Shown piece by piece: positions 27,252 through 35,731 of a stretch of DNA of 38,715 nt. The number at the start of each line of letters is the position of its first letter. Position 1 is the first letter of the stretch. The stretch is from a virus (Duplodnaviria; Caudoviricetes). The notes below the pieces were generated by a model. It saw nothing but the letters and a program-made list of their open reading frames with translations, had not been told where the DNA came from and made no database searches. The stretch lies in the IMG/VR virus record IMGVR_UViG_3300032320_001552, positions 1 to 38,715 of that record, one strand, 5' to 3'. The translations under genes and the position numbers were made by a program.

Positions 27252-27343
27252 TATTATTGTAGCATACATAGGTAGGGAAGCGCAAATCCACCACAATCTA
27301 CGCCTCCCCCCTATTTATATCAGCCTAGGGTAGACCCCTCCAC

Positions 27344-27691
27344 CTAGGCCATCGCTGGGCTATAAGCAGCCACAAATTTATCAAAGGGCACAGAGACGTT
27401 ATCAGTAACAGTCTTAGTAGTGAAGTCGACAATCACGGTCTGTTCACCCAACTCATATCCGTCTTGATCGATAGCATAGATACCAAAACCTGTCTCATCC
27501 AAAATGCTGTGTTGAATAAGGTGGCTAATCATCATACGGGTCCCATATGAAGAATCGGTCCAACGAGGCTTAGCATGCTCCAAGGCTGTAGCAATGTCAG
27601 TCTGCCATTCAGTCTGGCCCCAATGTGAGTACAGTACTACTAGAGGTCCTTGCTCTGAATCCTTGAATATATAATTAATACGTGCTCCCAT
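27344..27691 (-). CDS. Hypothetical phage protein (MG.R...LY.HWG)
   Basis: TAATG coupling; start trimmed from ORF track. Confidence 0.75.
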   Translation of the reverse strand: MGARINYIFKDSEQGPLVVLYSHWGQTEWQTDIATALEHAKPRWTDSSYGTRMMISHLIQHSILDETGFGIYAIDQDGYELGEQTVIVDFTTKTVTDNVSVPFDKFVAAYSPAMA

Positions 27692-27876
27692 TACTCTACC
27701 TCTTCCTCTTCTTCGATGTCTGTTATTTCTAGTGGGTACCAATCATATGCATATTCCTCGATATCCTCACCAAGTTCAATGCTTTCTATTTGTTCAAGCG
27801 CTTCGTTCTCACTGTCTGCCTCAATAGAGAATTCATATAGGGTCTCTCGCTTGGCAGTGATGTTATACATCGGCAT
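27691..27876 (-). CDS. Small acidic protein (IEA.SE.EA motif)
   Basis: GGAG RBS. Confidence 0.7.
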   Translation of the reverse strand: MPMYNITAKRETLYEFSIEADSENEALEQIESIELGEDIEEYAYDWYPLEITDIEEEEEVE

Positions 27877-28309
27877 TGTTACTCTCCAATCCAACTAGGG
27901 CCATTTCTTCAATTGTAGCGCAACGTGGGCATTTTTGCAAGTCTACCTCATCAAAGGCATCTCTAATAGTATTGTTAGGGTCCTCAAACTCTACATGACA
28001 GTTCTCGCAATAAAACCAAGGTATTGAGACCTGAACCTGAATAGTAGTATTATCAGGGAAAGGAACCTCCGTGATAAAGTATCCTATTCGATTAACAAAT
28101 CCCCAGCCAGACCAGATATAGGTGCCACCGTCGTCTCCGTCCCCATACATCCAGATGTGCTTATCATGAGCCTTCTTTACGAACTCATACTCTGCTCCAT
28201 AGGTTTCAAACATCAAACCATTAAAGGAAGCATTCTTATCTATATTGTTAGGGATTGGTTTAAATACATCACACCAATCATCAAAGTCCATTTCAATAAA
28301 CTTATCCAT
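27863..28309 (-). CDS. Hypothetical protein with C-terminal zinc ribbon
   Basis: FETYG.E, VNRIGY.IT; CENC...CPRC. Confidence 0.78.
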   Translation of the reverse strand: MDKFIEMDFDDWCDVFKPIPNNIDKNASFNGLMFETYGAEYEFVKKAHDKHIWMYGDGDDGGTYIWSGWGFVNRIGYFITEVPFPDNTTIQVQVSIPWFYCENCHVEFEDPNNTIRDAFDEVDLQKCPRCATIEEMALVGLESNNADV

Positions 28310-28556
28310 TTTGGGTCTCCTCTATTCGCTTGCGGTCTATAGATAAATTATAGGTTAGTGCATAGACATTTGTCAATGCCTGCATATATCCGTCTAATCT
28401 ATCAGTCTCGTCCTGCTCGTGAGTCTCGTGTAAAAGTTCTTCTGTTTCCAACATCTCTACCTTGAGGTAACCGTGCAGCACATCAATAAGCGGTATAGAT
28501 GTATCCTCTAATGGTTTGGTTAGATAGTCGGGAATAAAAGGATACTTCTCACTCAT
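28302..28556 (-). CDS. Hypothetical protein
   Basis: ORF track. Confidence 0.7.
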   Translation of the reverse strand: MSEKYPFIPDYLTKPLEDTSIPLIDVLHGYLKVEMLETEELLHETHEQDETDRLDGYMQALTNVYALTYNLSIDRKRIEETQNG

Positions 28557-28758
28557 TGATTGCCCACTCTCCTTGTTCGCTTTTCTCCATTATATCGAGA
28601 GCCACTGACAAAAGGTGCTGGGTAGCGTGAATCTGTCCTGAAACAAATTCCCAGTCTACAGATTCATCTCCAACTGTAGCCAAGGTCTCATCTCTATCTT
28701 GTTCTAGACTAATTAAATGTAACTTCATATATTCAATGAATCTACTTGATCTAGTCAT
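28549..28758 (-). CDS. Hypothetical protein
   Basis: ORF track. Confidence 0.7.
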   Translation of the reverse strand: MTRSSRFIEYMKLHLISLEQDRDETLATVGDESVDWEFVSGQIHATQHLLSVALDIMEKSEQGEWAINE

Positions 28759-28919
28759 TATTCCCCCCAGTATCTAATGATAGTGTTCATGGTTGTACAG
28801 AGGTGGCAATCACAATCTCCACCGTTCATATTTTCTATGAAATCAAAATGAGAATAATTATCCTCATAGATAGCGTCTACCAGTTCTGATATGGTGTATG
28901 GTTTGTATGTAGTGTTCAT
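28758..28919 (-). CDS. Small CxCxxC protein
   Basis: ATGA overlap; 6 nt after the promoter at 28926. Confidence 0.7.
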   Translation of the reverse strand: MNTTYKPYTISELVDAIYEDNYSHFDFIENMNGGDCDCHLCTTMNTIIRYWGE

Positions 28920-29341
28920 AATGCTATCGTAGCAGGAGCCACTGACATCTTGGATTGCCACAGGGAACAGTTATTATCTAATCTATCACCAAAGACACGG
29001 ATGTAATCAGCGATATCTGCCACGGTATCAGTCAAGCATTCCTTAACAGTATCTACAGAGATAAACACACGTCCATTCCATAGACCCATTTGGCCAATGT
29101 TAGTTGGTACTTCTAGACATCCATAAGTGTCTTGCTCCCAGCCTACACCCTCAGAACAGACGAGGGCATACTTAGGATCTCCGTAAACATTCTTTTCTTC
29201 TAATTCAATAAACAATAGGTTATCTACTGTACATGGGCTAAAGTCATTGCTATACTGTAGACGATATATATCATTTGCAATTGCGGCTAGTTTCTTACCG
29301 TCAACTAGTTTGCCTTCATAGCCTTTTGTTCTATCTCGCAT
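28916..29341 (-). CDS. Hypothetical protein
   Basis: ORF track; AAAGGA RBS; TTGACA-N17-TAAAAT upstream. Confidence 0.78.
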   Translation of the reverse strand: MRDRTKGYEGKLVDGKKLAAIANDIYRLQYSNDFSPCTVDNLLFIELEEKNVYGDPKYALVCSEGVGWEQDTYGCLEVPTNIGQMGLWNGRVFISVDTVKECLTDTVADIADYIRVFGDRLDNNCSLWQSKMSVAPATIAL

Positions 29342-29488
29342 GGTGGTCCTTTGTTAGTAGGTTATATATCAATTTTACAGGAACTGGGAAATAATGTCAA
29401 GTACCTTAATAAGGTTTTGGGAAAAATCTCATACCACCTTAATAAGGTTTATAAAGAAATGTTATAAAGGTAGGGGCGGCCCCGCTTG

Positions 29489-29562
29489 CGATCCGTATGG
29501 GACTTGAACCCATGACCTCCACCGTGACAGGGTGGCGAACTAACCAACTATTCTAACGGACC
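29489..29562 (-). tRNA. tRNA-Asp(GTC)
   Basis: GGTCCGT/ACGGATC, CCACC-CTGTCAC-GGTGG, GGTTCAAGTCC. Confidence 0.93.
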
Positions 29563-29567
29563 ATGTT

Positions 29568-29595
29568 GAGCAGTTTTAAATCATGCTCAGGATTT
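29568..29595 (-). ncRNA. CUGAG pseudoknot element between the DUF932 gene and tRNA-Asp
   Basis: aaatc-CTGAGCAT-gattt-AAAACTGCTC. Confidence 0.7.
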
Positions 29596-29604
29596 TTTGT
29601 TACG

Positions 29605-30627
29605 CTATGCGATTTGCATAACACCTTGAACAACTTTTAGCAAACGATTTTTTTCTGCGTTGATAGCAGGGTCAAAACCACTTGCAGCAGCAAAAATGCT
29701 TTCGCTATTTCCACCACGAGCAGAACGATACCAGTCTAGTCGCTCAGTTAGTGCATTGAAAGCACCCCAAGCATTACCAGCAATCATACCATTAAATTCG
29801 CCAGTGTAAATATCGTTGATGATGTCAATTTTATTTTCCCACTTCTTTAGCGAACCCTTAGAGTCTTTTTCTGGCTTAGGGTAAGCAGCGAGAACAATAT
29901 CATTGAAAGACTTAGCATTGACTTCTTTCTCAATCATTGTCTTAGCCATGATGTCGAATTCGTCCATGTAAGCATTAGCAAGACCAAGAGTCTCACGAGC
30001 AATCTGCACTTTACCATTAGCAGTTTGTGTGTGGCGAATCTTGAATGATTGCTTGATACCCTTATTCTTTTTACGACCTACGCTACCAAGAGCAAGGTTA
30101 AGAGTATTAGCGCACACAACACGAACAGGTGTTATGCTTGCTTGAATAGCGATTGAACCGTCATGTGATGTGTTGATGAGCAAATAAGTTTTAACCTTAT
30201 CGGCAACACCAGTAGGGTCAAGAATTGTCTCACGCTCAAGAGCAAGTGAGCCGAATACTACACGACCACCCTTGATTGAACCAGCAGTCTCCCAACGACC
30301 ACCACCGTCAAGAATATTATCTCCGAATGAGAATAAATCTTCATTCTGCAATGGGTGATAGCGTTCACCTACAACACCAAGAATATCGGTTTGTGTGTTA
30401 TCAGTAGGATTGGTTCGCAATACATACTGATATGATTTGTCGCTTGTAAGATGTGCAGGGGTTTCCAAATCCTCAAGACGAACATTCCAGCCATTTAGAT
30501 TTGCTGCTTGTAGCATTTCTGCCGTTGTTTTTTCCTCAGTAAAGACAGTTCCTAGATTATGCCATGCAGGTTCTCTGAATGAGGCAAAACTAGCAACTCC
30601 GTTTTGTGTTTCTAAGTCGTGAGCCAC
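29605..30627 (-). CDS. DUF932 family (LGT TIGR03299-like) phage/plasmid protein
   Basis: AH.......A....PAWH.LG, LG.VG..Y..LQN, ETAG...GG..VF, NT.HDGS, TPVRVVCANTL, IRHT, WGA.NA..E..D. Confidence 0.9.
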   Translation of the reverse strand: MAHDLETQNGVASFASFREPAWHNLGTVFTEEKTTAEMLQAANLNGWNVRLEDLETPAHLTSDKSYQYVLRTNPTDNTQTDILGVVGERYHPLQNEDLFSFGDNILDGGGRWETAGSIKGGRVVFGSLALERETILDPTGVADKVKTYLLINTSHDGSIAIQASITPVRVVCANTLNLALGSVGRKKNKGIKQSFKIRHTQTANGKVQIARETLGLANAYMDEFDIMAKTMIEKEVNAKSFNDIVLAAYPKPEKDSKGSLKKWENKIDIINDIYTGEFNGMIAGNAWGAFNALTERLDWYRSARGGNSESIFAAASGFDPAINAEKNRLLKVVQGVMQIA

Positions 30628-30785
30628 GATTTCCTTCTTTCTTTTTGTTGTTATTCCAAGTATAACAGTCTGGGCAGACAAAAGCAAATCAGGCTAGTTA
30701 AACATGGGATAAATCGGACATTTCTTAAAGTGATCTTAAACACATGTGATCTAAATCACAGGGGGCGGGCCAGGGGATAAGAGTT

Positions 30786-30813
30786 GAGCAGTTTACGTAG
30801 ACATGCTCAGGTC
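30786..30813 (-). ncRNA. CUGAG pseudoknot element
   Basis: gac-CTGAGCAT-gtc-tacgtAAACTGCTC. Confidence 0.7.
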
Positions 30814-30829
30814 CGTTAGTAGCCCCCTA

Positions 30830-31246
30830 CTAAAAATCTATTCTATCAACAGTGGCATTCAACCAAGTAATTTGATCAGTGTCATAGTCGATTGAATCGA
30901 ATGAAATATTATTTATAACATCTTCAATTTCATCATGAGGCCCAACGTTAACGGTCATCGTGTAAGTTACACTAACTTCAACCTCAACATCTTTTGCTAA
31001 TTCAAAACCACAGATCTCTGCAATCTCTTCTGCATCTGTTTCTGAGATTAAGCGCTCCTGCAATGCATTAATAGTCCATGACTGCATGCTATCAATCATC
31101 GTCTGCAGTTGGGCCTTGGTATCCCAATCACGTTGTACAATTTGTGAGTGGGCACTTTCTAATTGCTTGATACGTTCTGTGTTGGCCACCAATTGTGCCT
31201 CAAGGAATTCTCGTGTCAGGTAGTGTGTGTCTACTGCTTGTTCCAT
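30830..31246 (-). CDS. Hypothetical protein (coiled coil plus beta domain)
   Basis: ORF track. Confidence 0.78.
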   Translation of the reverse strand: MEQAVDTHYLTREFLEAQLVANTERIKQLESAHSQIVQRDWDTKAQLQTMIDSMQSWTINALQERLISETDAEEIAEICGFELAKDVEVEVSVTYTMTVNVGPHDEIEDVINNISFDSIDYDTDQITWLNATVDRIDF

Positions 31247-31248
31247 GG

Positions 31249-31512
31249 TTATTCTACTTCCTTTCCTAGATTCTCAAATTCTTTAATGGTTGATACCATT
31301 TCGTCCATTTGTTCTCCTGTTAAACAAATGCTAGTAACTAATGTAGCAGTTAGGGATGACAAGTGAGCAGAATATTCATAGATTGCTGAAATAAACTCTT
31401 CATCTGTCATAGTCTCACGCTGTTTAAAAATAGAGCCAGCACGGGTCATTGTTGAAATATCGGTAACTGCGTTACCTGTTGCTTCTTGTATTGCGATTGC
31501 TGTTGATATCAT
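31249..31512 (-). CDS. Hypothetical protein
   Basis: Start trimmed to the ATG after GAGAGG, downstream of the promoter at 31544. Confidence 0.75.
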   Translation of the reverse strand: MISTAIAIQEATGNAVTDISTMTRAGSIFKQRETMTDEEFISAIYEYSAHLSSLTATLVTSICLTGEQMDEMVSTIKEFENLGKEVE

Positions 31513-31642
31513 ATAAGGGCCTCTTTCTTTTGTTATTAATCTAAGTCTAGCAGGATGAACTGACAAAAGCAACTCAGGATCTTAAAGATCTCACATAATG
31601 GGATGTGATAAATATCACAGGCCCCCGCCCCGCAAAAACGGG

Positions 31643-31669
31643 GAGCAGTTTTAATTCATGCTCAGGAAT
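31643..31669 (-). ncRNA. CUGAG pseudoknot element
   Basis: attc-CTGAGCAT-gaat-tAAAACTGCTC. Confidence 0.7.
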
Positions 31670-31720
31670 ATTGCTACCATGTATATGGAACTAATATCCA
31701 TGTGTATGGTTCTTGCAATT

Positions 31721-31888
31721 CTAGTGAGTTTTTACCATTGCAAATCGCTTTGCACCATTTGCTAAAGTTAAACCAACACGAGTTACATTGCGCTTCACTG
31801 GTGTGAATGAGTTGATACGACCTGTAACACCTGTCTTGCTTGTTGTGAATAGATCACCTATTTGATATGTATATCCTTGGAGTGTCAT
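31721..31888 (-). CDS. 55-aa SH3/KOW-like beta-barrel protein
   Basis: MTLQGYTYQIGDLFTTSKTGVTGRINSFTP...; AAGGA RBS. Confidence 0.75.
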   Translation of the reverse strand: MTLQGYTYQIGDLFTTSKTGVTGRINSFTPVKRNVTRVGLTLANGAKRFAMVKTH

Positions 31889-31918
31889 TTATTTTCCTTT
31901 TCTTTGTGGTGGTTTGTT

Positions 31919-31945
31919 GAGCAGTTTTGCGACATACTCAGGTCG
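31919..31945 (-). ncRNA. CUGAG pseudoknot element
   Basis: cgac-CTGAGTAT-gtcg-cAAAACTGCTC. Confidence 0.7.
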
Positions 31946-31954
31946 TTTATTTAT

Positions 31955-32374
31955 TTAGAGATACTGTGCGATTTGTCGCATAGTTGAGGCATTTACTGTT
32001 TCCTCATCTGTCATCTTTAAGATGTTGAGGGCATTTGTAATTTCCTCTTTCATAGAATTGTATTCGTGCTTATGTAGTTGCTCATACTCACGCTCTGGTT
32101 CTACTGGCATTTCTTTTTCATCTGCTATGACAATATCATAGTCAATGTTGAGAGTGTTGTTGTAGTGGCGATATGAGGTGCGGAAGTTAGTTGCCTTTTT
32201 GACATTAGCAATAGCGAACGCTTGGATTTCCTTACGCCACTTTTCTCTTGCCTTCTCATACTTTGCTTCGTTGGCTTCTTGGCTTGCCCAATCTTTTTCT
32301 AGTTTTTCTAGACGGGCTTCTAGTGCCTTGATTACCTTTGGTGTTGCTACCTTAACTGTGATTGCTCTTGACAT
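31955..32374 (-). CDS. Hypothetical coiled-coil protein
   Basis: ORF track; AAGGA RBS. Confidence 0.8.
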   Translation of the reverse strand: MSRAITVKVATPKVIKALEARLEKLEKDWASQEANEAKYEKAREKWRKEIQAFAIANVKKATNFRTSYRHYNNTLNIDYDIVIADEKEMPVEPEREYEQLHKHEYNSMKEEITNALNILKMTDEETVNASTMRQIAQYL

Positions 32375-32431
32375 GGGTTTCCTTTTCTGTTGGTGTATTT
32401 ATATTGTAGGGGTTGGGTCTGACATTAGAGT

Positions 32432-32458
32432 GAGCAGTTTAGACACTTACTCAGGTGC
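32432..32458 (-). ncRNA. CUGAG pseudoknot element
   Basis: gcac-CTGAGTAA-gtgt-ctAAACTGCTC. Confidence 0.7.
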
Positions 32459-32466
32459 TTGTTTAT

Positions 32467-32634
32467 TTAGTTCTTTGGTGTCCAAGTTGTGTAGCGAGGC
32501 TTGCCTTCTACATCTAACTTAACACGGACATTACCATTAGCCTGTGGGGTAATTTCTAGGATAGTTCCTGTTACCTTTGACTTTTGGCTTGTGTAGGTAT
32601 CTCCTACTTTGTAAGTTGCTGTTGCTACTGACAT
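32467..32634 (-). CDS. 55-aa SH3/KOW-like protein, paralog of 31721-31888
   Basis: MSVATATYKVGDTYTSQKSKVTGTILEITP... Confidence 0.75.
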   Translation of the reverse strand: MSVATATYKVGDTYTSQKSKVTGTILEITPQANGNVRVKLDVEGKPRYTTWTPKN

Positions 32635-32846
32635 ATTTCCTTCTTTCTGTTAGTTGGTTTTGCTTATGTATTAAGTGTAACATTTCCTACTGACATTTAC
32701 AACATTTTCCCTGATATTTCTCACTATTTGAGACGCTTAGCCCTGTGAGATACATCACATTAGACATTTCTACCTATTATGTCCAAGTCCTGAGAATAAG
32801 AGTAATAGTATTAGTAGAATTAGGATAGTTAGGGATATTTTATGCC

Positions 32847-33569
32847 TCATTTCTTAGTAGTAGAAAATACAACATCGGCTTTCGAGTATACACATAAACT
32901 GCAAGAAACGCAAGCGCTTCCATTAGTTGAGATAAGTGGAATAGCCTTTTTATTCTCAGGGCATTTTGCACCTACCTTGCCAATCATTTCTTTCATGTCT
33001 GCTTGACCAATAGCAAAATTCTTAGCAAGGTATGCAAGACGAATGCCATGGGTGTTCTTTAGATCTACGCCAATCTTTACATTCTCACTGTCTGTTGAAT
33101 AGTATAGTGAGAGATTAGGTACATCCTTAAGAATCAATGCTGCAGACTTTACACGTGTGTAAACCCAGAATTGAATGTCTGTATTGTTAGTGATTACTAT
33201 CTTCCATGCGTTAGCATAGTCATCGTTAAAGAAATCTCCGTCCCAGTGAATGCGGAATAGCAATGGGGCCTTCTTCTTTTCACAATCTTTTCTAAAGTCA
33301 TCTATCATTTCTGATAGCAATGCTTCCATAGTATCTTGATCAGCGTCTTTTAGTAGGTCCCAGTTATGGAGCAGGTTAACCTTTACGCCTTTGAAGAGTT
33401 TTTCGAGTTTCCCTGCGTAGCAAACGCTTTCACAAACACTAGTGGCACCAGGGCACGAGAAATCTTTTCCAGCAGGTAGGCCGAATGTATTTGCAAGTGT
33501 TGCTGTTTTTCCATTTGGTGAGACGGCATTAGTTACTTTCCTATCTTTGCTTCTTATTAGTTTACTCAT
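32847..33569 (-). CDS. GP88-like protein (Cys-rich, radical-SAM-like motif)
   Basis: F.LPAG..CPGA..C...CYA, FRIH..GDF, FW.YTR, NL....S.D, CP...C..C..C. Confidence 0.8.
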   Translation of the reverse strand: MSKLIRSKDRKVTNAVSPNGKTATLANTFGLPAGKDFSCPGATSVCESVCYAGKLEKLFKGVKVNLLHNWDLLKDADQDTMEALLSEMIDDFRKDCEKKKAPLLFRIHWDGDFFNDDYANAWKIVITNNTDIQFWVYTRVKSAALILKDVPNLSLYYSTDSENVKIGVDLKNTHGIRLAYLAKNFAIGQADMKEMIGKVGAKCPENKKAIPLISTNGSACVSCSLCVYSKADVVFSTTKK

Positions 33570-33720
33570 TTGGGGTCTGCCTTTCTTTCCTTAATTCTAA
33601 CATCAAGGACTGACATTTCTTTCTGTTGTATTTCTTTTTGTTGGGAATTGCGGAGGCAGCATTAGATCTACGTAATTCCATTAGGATACGTAATTCCTCT
33701 GCTGTCTTTTTTTGCTTCAT
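33562..33720 (-). CDS. 52-aa basic protein, leaderless
   Basis: ELRRSNAA...NKKKYNRKK; TTGACA promoter directly upstream. Confidence 0.6.
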   Translation of the reverse strand: MKQKKTAEELRILMELRRSNAASAIPNKKKYNRKKCQSLMLELRKERQTPNE

Positions 33721-33818
33721 ATAATAATATTAGCAGAAATGGGAAAAAATGTCAAGGCCCTTAATTCGGTCAAATCGGACATTTCGCCCCGCCCCGTTTT
33801 TCGAGGGATTTTAAAAAG

Positions 33819-34061
33819 TTATTCGTTACTCTCTACATAAACATAAAGATCAACGTATACATCATGTGCAATTATTAACTCATCACGTTCACCATATGGA
33901 TCAGCATATTCAATAAAATAGTTATCTCCAGTTGCATCTGAAGTTAAACTTATAACTTCTATAAGTTCATCATCATATTTAATTAAATCACCAACCATGA
34001 GTGAACCTGGTGTTAATTTATCTGCCCATGTAAGTTCCATAGAAATCATTGTAGCAGGCAT
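33819..34061 (-). CDS. Hypothetical protein (L.VGD.I beta-barrel-like)
   Basis: GGAGG RBS before MPATMIS. Confidence 0.7.
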   Translation of the reverse strand: MPATMISMELTWADKLTPGSLMVGDLIKYDDELIEVISLTSDATGDNYFIEYADPYGERDELIIAHDVYVDLYVYVESNE

Positions 34062-34062
34062 T

Positions 34063-34356
34063 TTATTCCTCCCAATCATCTGCTGGTTCAATAAACCAAT
34101 TAAGGTGGTGTTGTTCAATTATTGCCCATGCTGGGGCTTGTGTTGCACCCTTGTAGGTAATTTGAAAGTCTCCAACCATAGGCATATCAATCATGCGATC
34201 ATAGTCCTCATCATAGGCAGCGTCAATCGCTTCAATACATGGCTGCACCATTTCTGCGGGGACAGGTGGATAGTGATTACCTTTAAGGTGATAAAGTATC
34301 TGAGTTTCTAAGTCTAATACTGAGTCTTTAATTCCTATTGCTGTTACTGATCCCAT
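34063..34356 (-). CDS. Hypothetical protein (HL..NHYPP motif)
   Basis: ORF track. Confidence 0.78.
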   Translation of the reverse strand: MGSVTAIGIKDSVLDLETQILYHLKGNHYPPVPAEMVQPCIEAIDAAYDEDYDRMIDMPMVGDFQITYKGATQAPAWAIIEQHHLNWFIEPADDWEE

Positions 34357-34488
34357 TTACTTACCTTTCCAATCTTCAATTACTCCGTCAATAGCATCTG
34401 CCATATCTGCTTCGAATAAGTCTAACTCATCTGCTGTTAATTTGTCCATAACTGCTTCGATCTTTTGGATAAAGTCTGTGCTATACAT
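34357..34488 (-). CDS. 43-aa acidic protein
   Basis: Fills the operon gap exactly; TAATG coupling. Confidence 0.65.
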   Translation of the reverse strand: MYSTDFIQKIEAVMDKLTADELDLFEADMADAIDGVIEDWKGK

Positions 34489-34697
34489 TACTTAACCGTT
34501 ACCTCTCCGTTACGATAGAAAGTCTTAGTGTACATTTTACCTGTTGGGTCTGATAAATTGTAGGTTGCATATTCTTTAGCGTCTCCATAGTCTACGCACT
34601 TAGTCCATGCGTCTACTGCTTCCATTAAATCTGCTGTTCGCAGGGTAAAGAATAGATTACCGTCATATGACGCTGTTAGTGAGTAGTTATATTCCAT
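34488..34697 (-). CDS. Hypothetical protein
   Basis: ORF track. Confidence 0.75.
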   Translation of the reverse strand: MEYNYSLTASYDGNLFFTLRTADLMEAVDAWTKCVDYGDAKEYATYNLSDPTGKMYTKTFYRNGEVTVK

Positions 34698-34879
34698 TAT
34701 GCGTTCTCCTTAGTGTATTCATTTAGTTCGTTCTCAGCGTACCATATTACATATTCCTCTGCAAGTTCTTGCCCTTTTTCACAATCGGTGCAGAAATCAG
34801 TAATAAAATCGTTGCTCATCATTACTCCTTGGTCATAGCAATTCTCGCATGAACCAATTTCATCAAAGATATTTCCCAT
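34697..34879 (-). CDS. Small CxxC-CxxC protein
   Basis: ORF track. Confidence 0.7.
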   Translation of the reverse strand: MGNIFDEIGSCENCYDQGVMMSNDFITDFCTDCEKGQELAEEYVIWYAENELNEYTKENA

Positions 34880-34881
34880 TA

Positions 34882-35106
34882 TTATTCTCCAACCTTTACT
34901 GCTACGGTAGCATAGAAATCGTTTTGTGGCAATTCGCCTTTTACATAAGTGGGTCTAACACGCACTAGATAAGCGTTAAAGTTTTCACCATACCAAACTC
35001 CTCCACGCAATTCTGCGTCTTGGATAACTCCCTCTAGTTTGCGAGAGTTTGAGCGATAGTGCTTGCCTTCTAATAGGCTTTCTACTGAGTAAGTTTTTGC
35101 TGACAT
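34882..35106 (-). CDS. Hypothetical protein
   Basis: Start trimmed to MSAKTY after GAAGG. Confidence 0.72.
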   Translation of the reverse strand: MSAKTYSVESLLEGKHYRSNSRKLEGVIQDAELRGGVWYGENFNAYLVRVRPTYVKGELPQNDFYATVAVKVGE

Positions 35107-35374
35107 TTGCCAACCTTCTTTCTTTTTTGTTGATATAAATATCTTAGCATAGTGGGCAGACATTTCCTAAACGACACGCCGTTAATACTTAAATATTTAA
35201 TTTTTCTTACTATGTAAGTCTAGCCTATCAAACTAAAAATATCAAATTACTAGCCAGTATTCTTAAATAGTGAGACGCTCAAGGTGTGTGAGTTTAATCA
35301 CTTTTCAGGGGTTGTGGATAACCTTACGTAACCTGTGGACGACACGCCCGAACGGGGCGGGCCTGGGCTAGTTG

Positions 35375-35470
35375 TTATTCATCAAACATTTTTAACAACT
35401 CATCAATTTGTTCTTTAGTTAAATGATCAAGTTGAATTGCTTTTTCAAAACCAAATAAATCTTTTTCCAT
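35375..35470 (-). CDS. 31-aa peptide
   Basis: MEKDLFGFEKAIQLDHLT...; GGGAG RBS. Confidence 0.55.
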   Translation of the reverse strand: MEKDLFGFEKAIQLDHLTKEQIDELLKMFDE

Positions 35471-35471
35471 T

Positions 35472-35630
35472 TTACAAATCTCCCATCTCAGCATCAGCCA
35501 TGCGTGTCCACATATAAAATTCAACGGGATCACGATCAGAATAGAAAACGGGATCAGCAGATGAATATCCCTTAGCACAAATTGTGCAGATAGAATGGTT
35601 AGTACAGTAGCAGGAATTAATATCGTTCAT
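35472..35630 (-). CDS. 52-aa CxC/CxxC protein
   Basis: GAAAGG RBS; promoter upstream. Confidence 0.6.
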   Translation of the reverse strand: MNDINSCYCTNHSICTICAKGYSSADPVFYSDRDPVEFYMWTRMADAEMGDL

Positions 35631-35731
35631 TAGACGACCTTTCGTTTAGATTAATCTAATCCTAGCAGATCTAGGAAAAAATATCAAGCCACTTAAATGT
35701 GATCTTGATCACTGGGTCCCGCCCCAAAATT

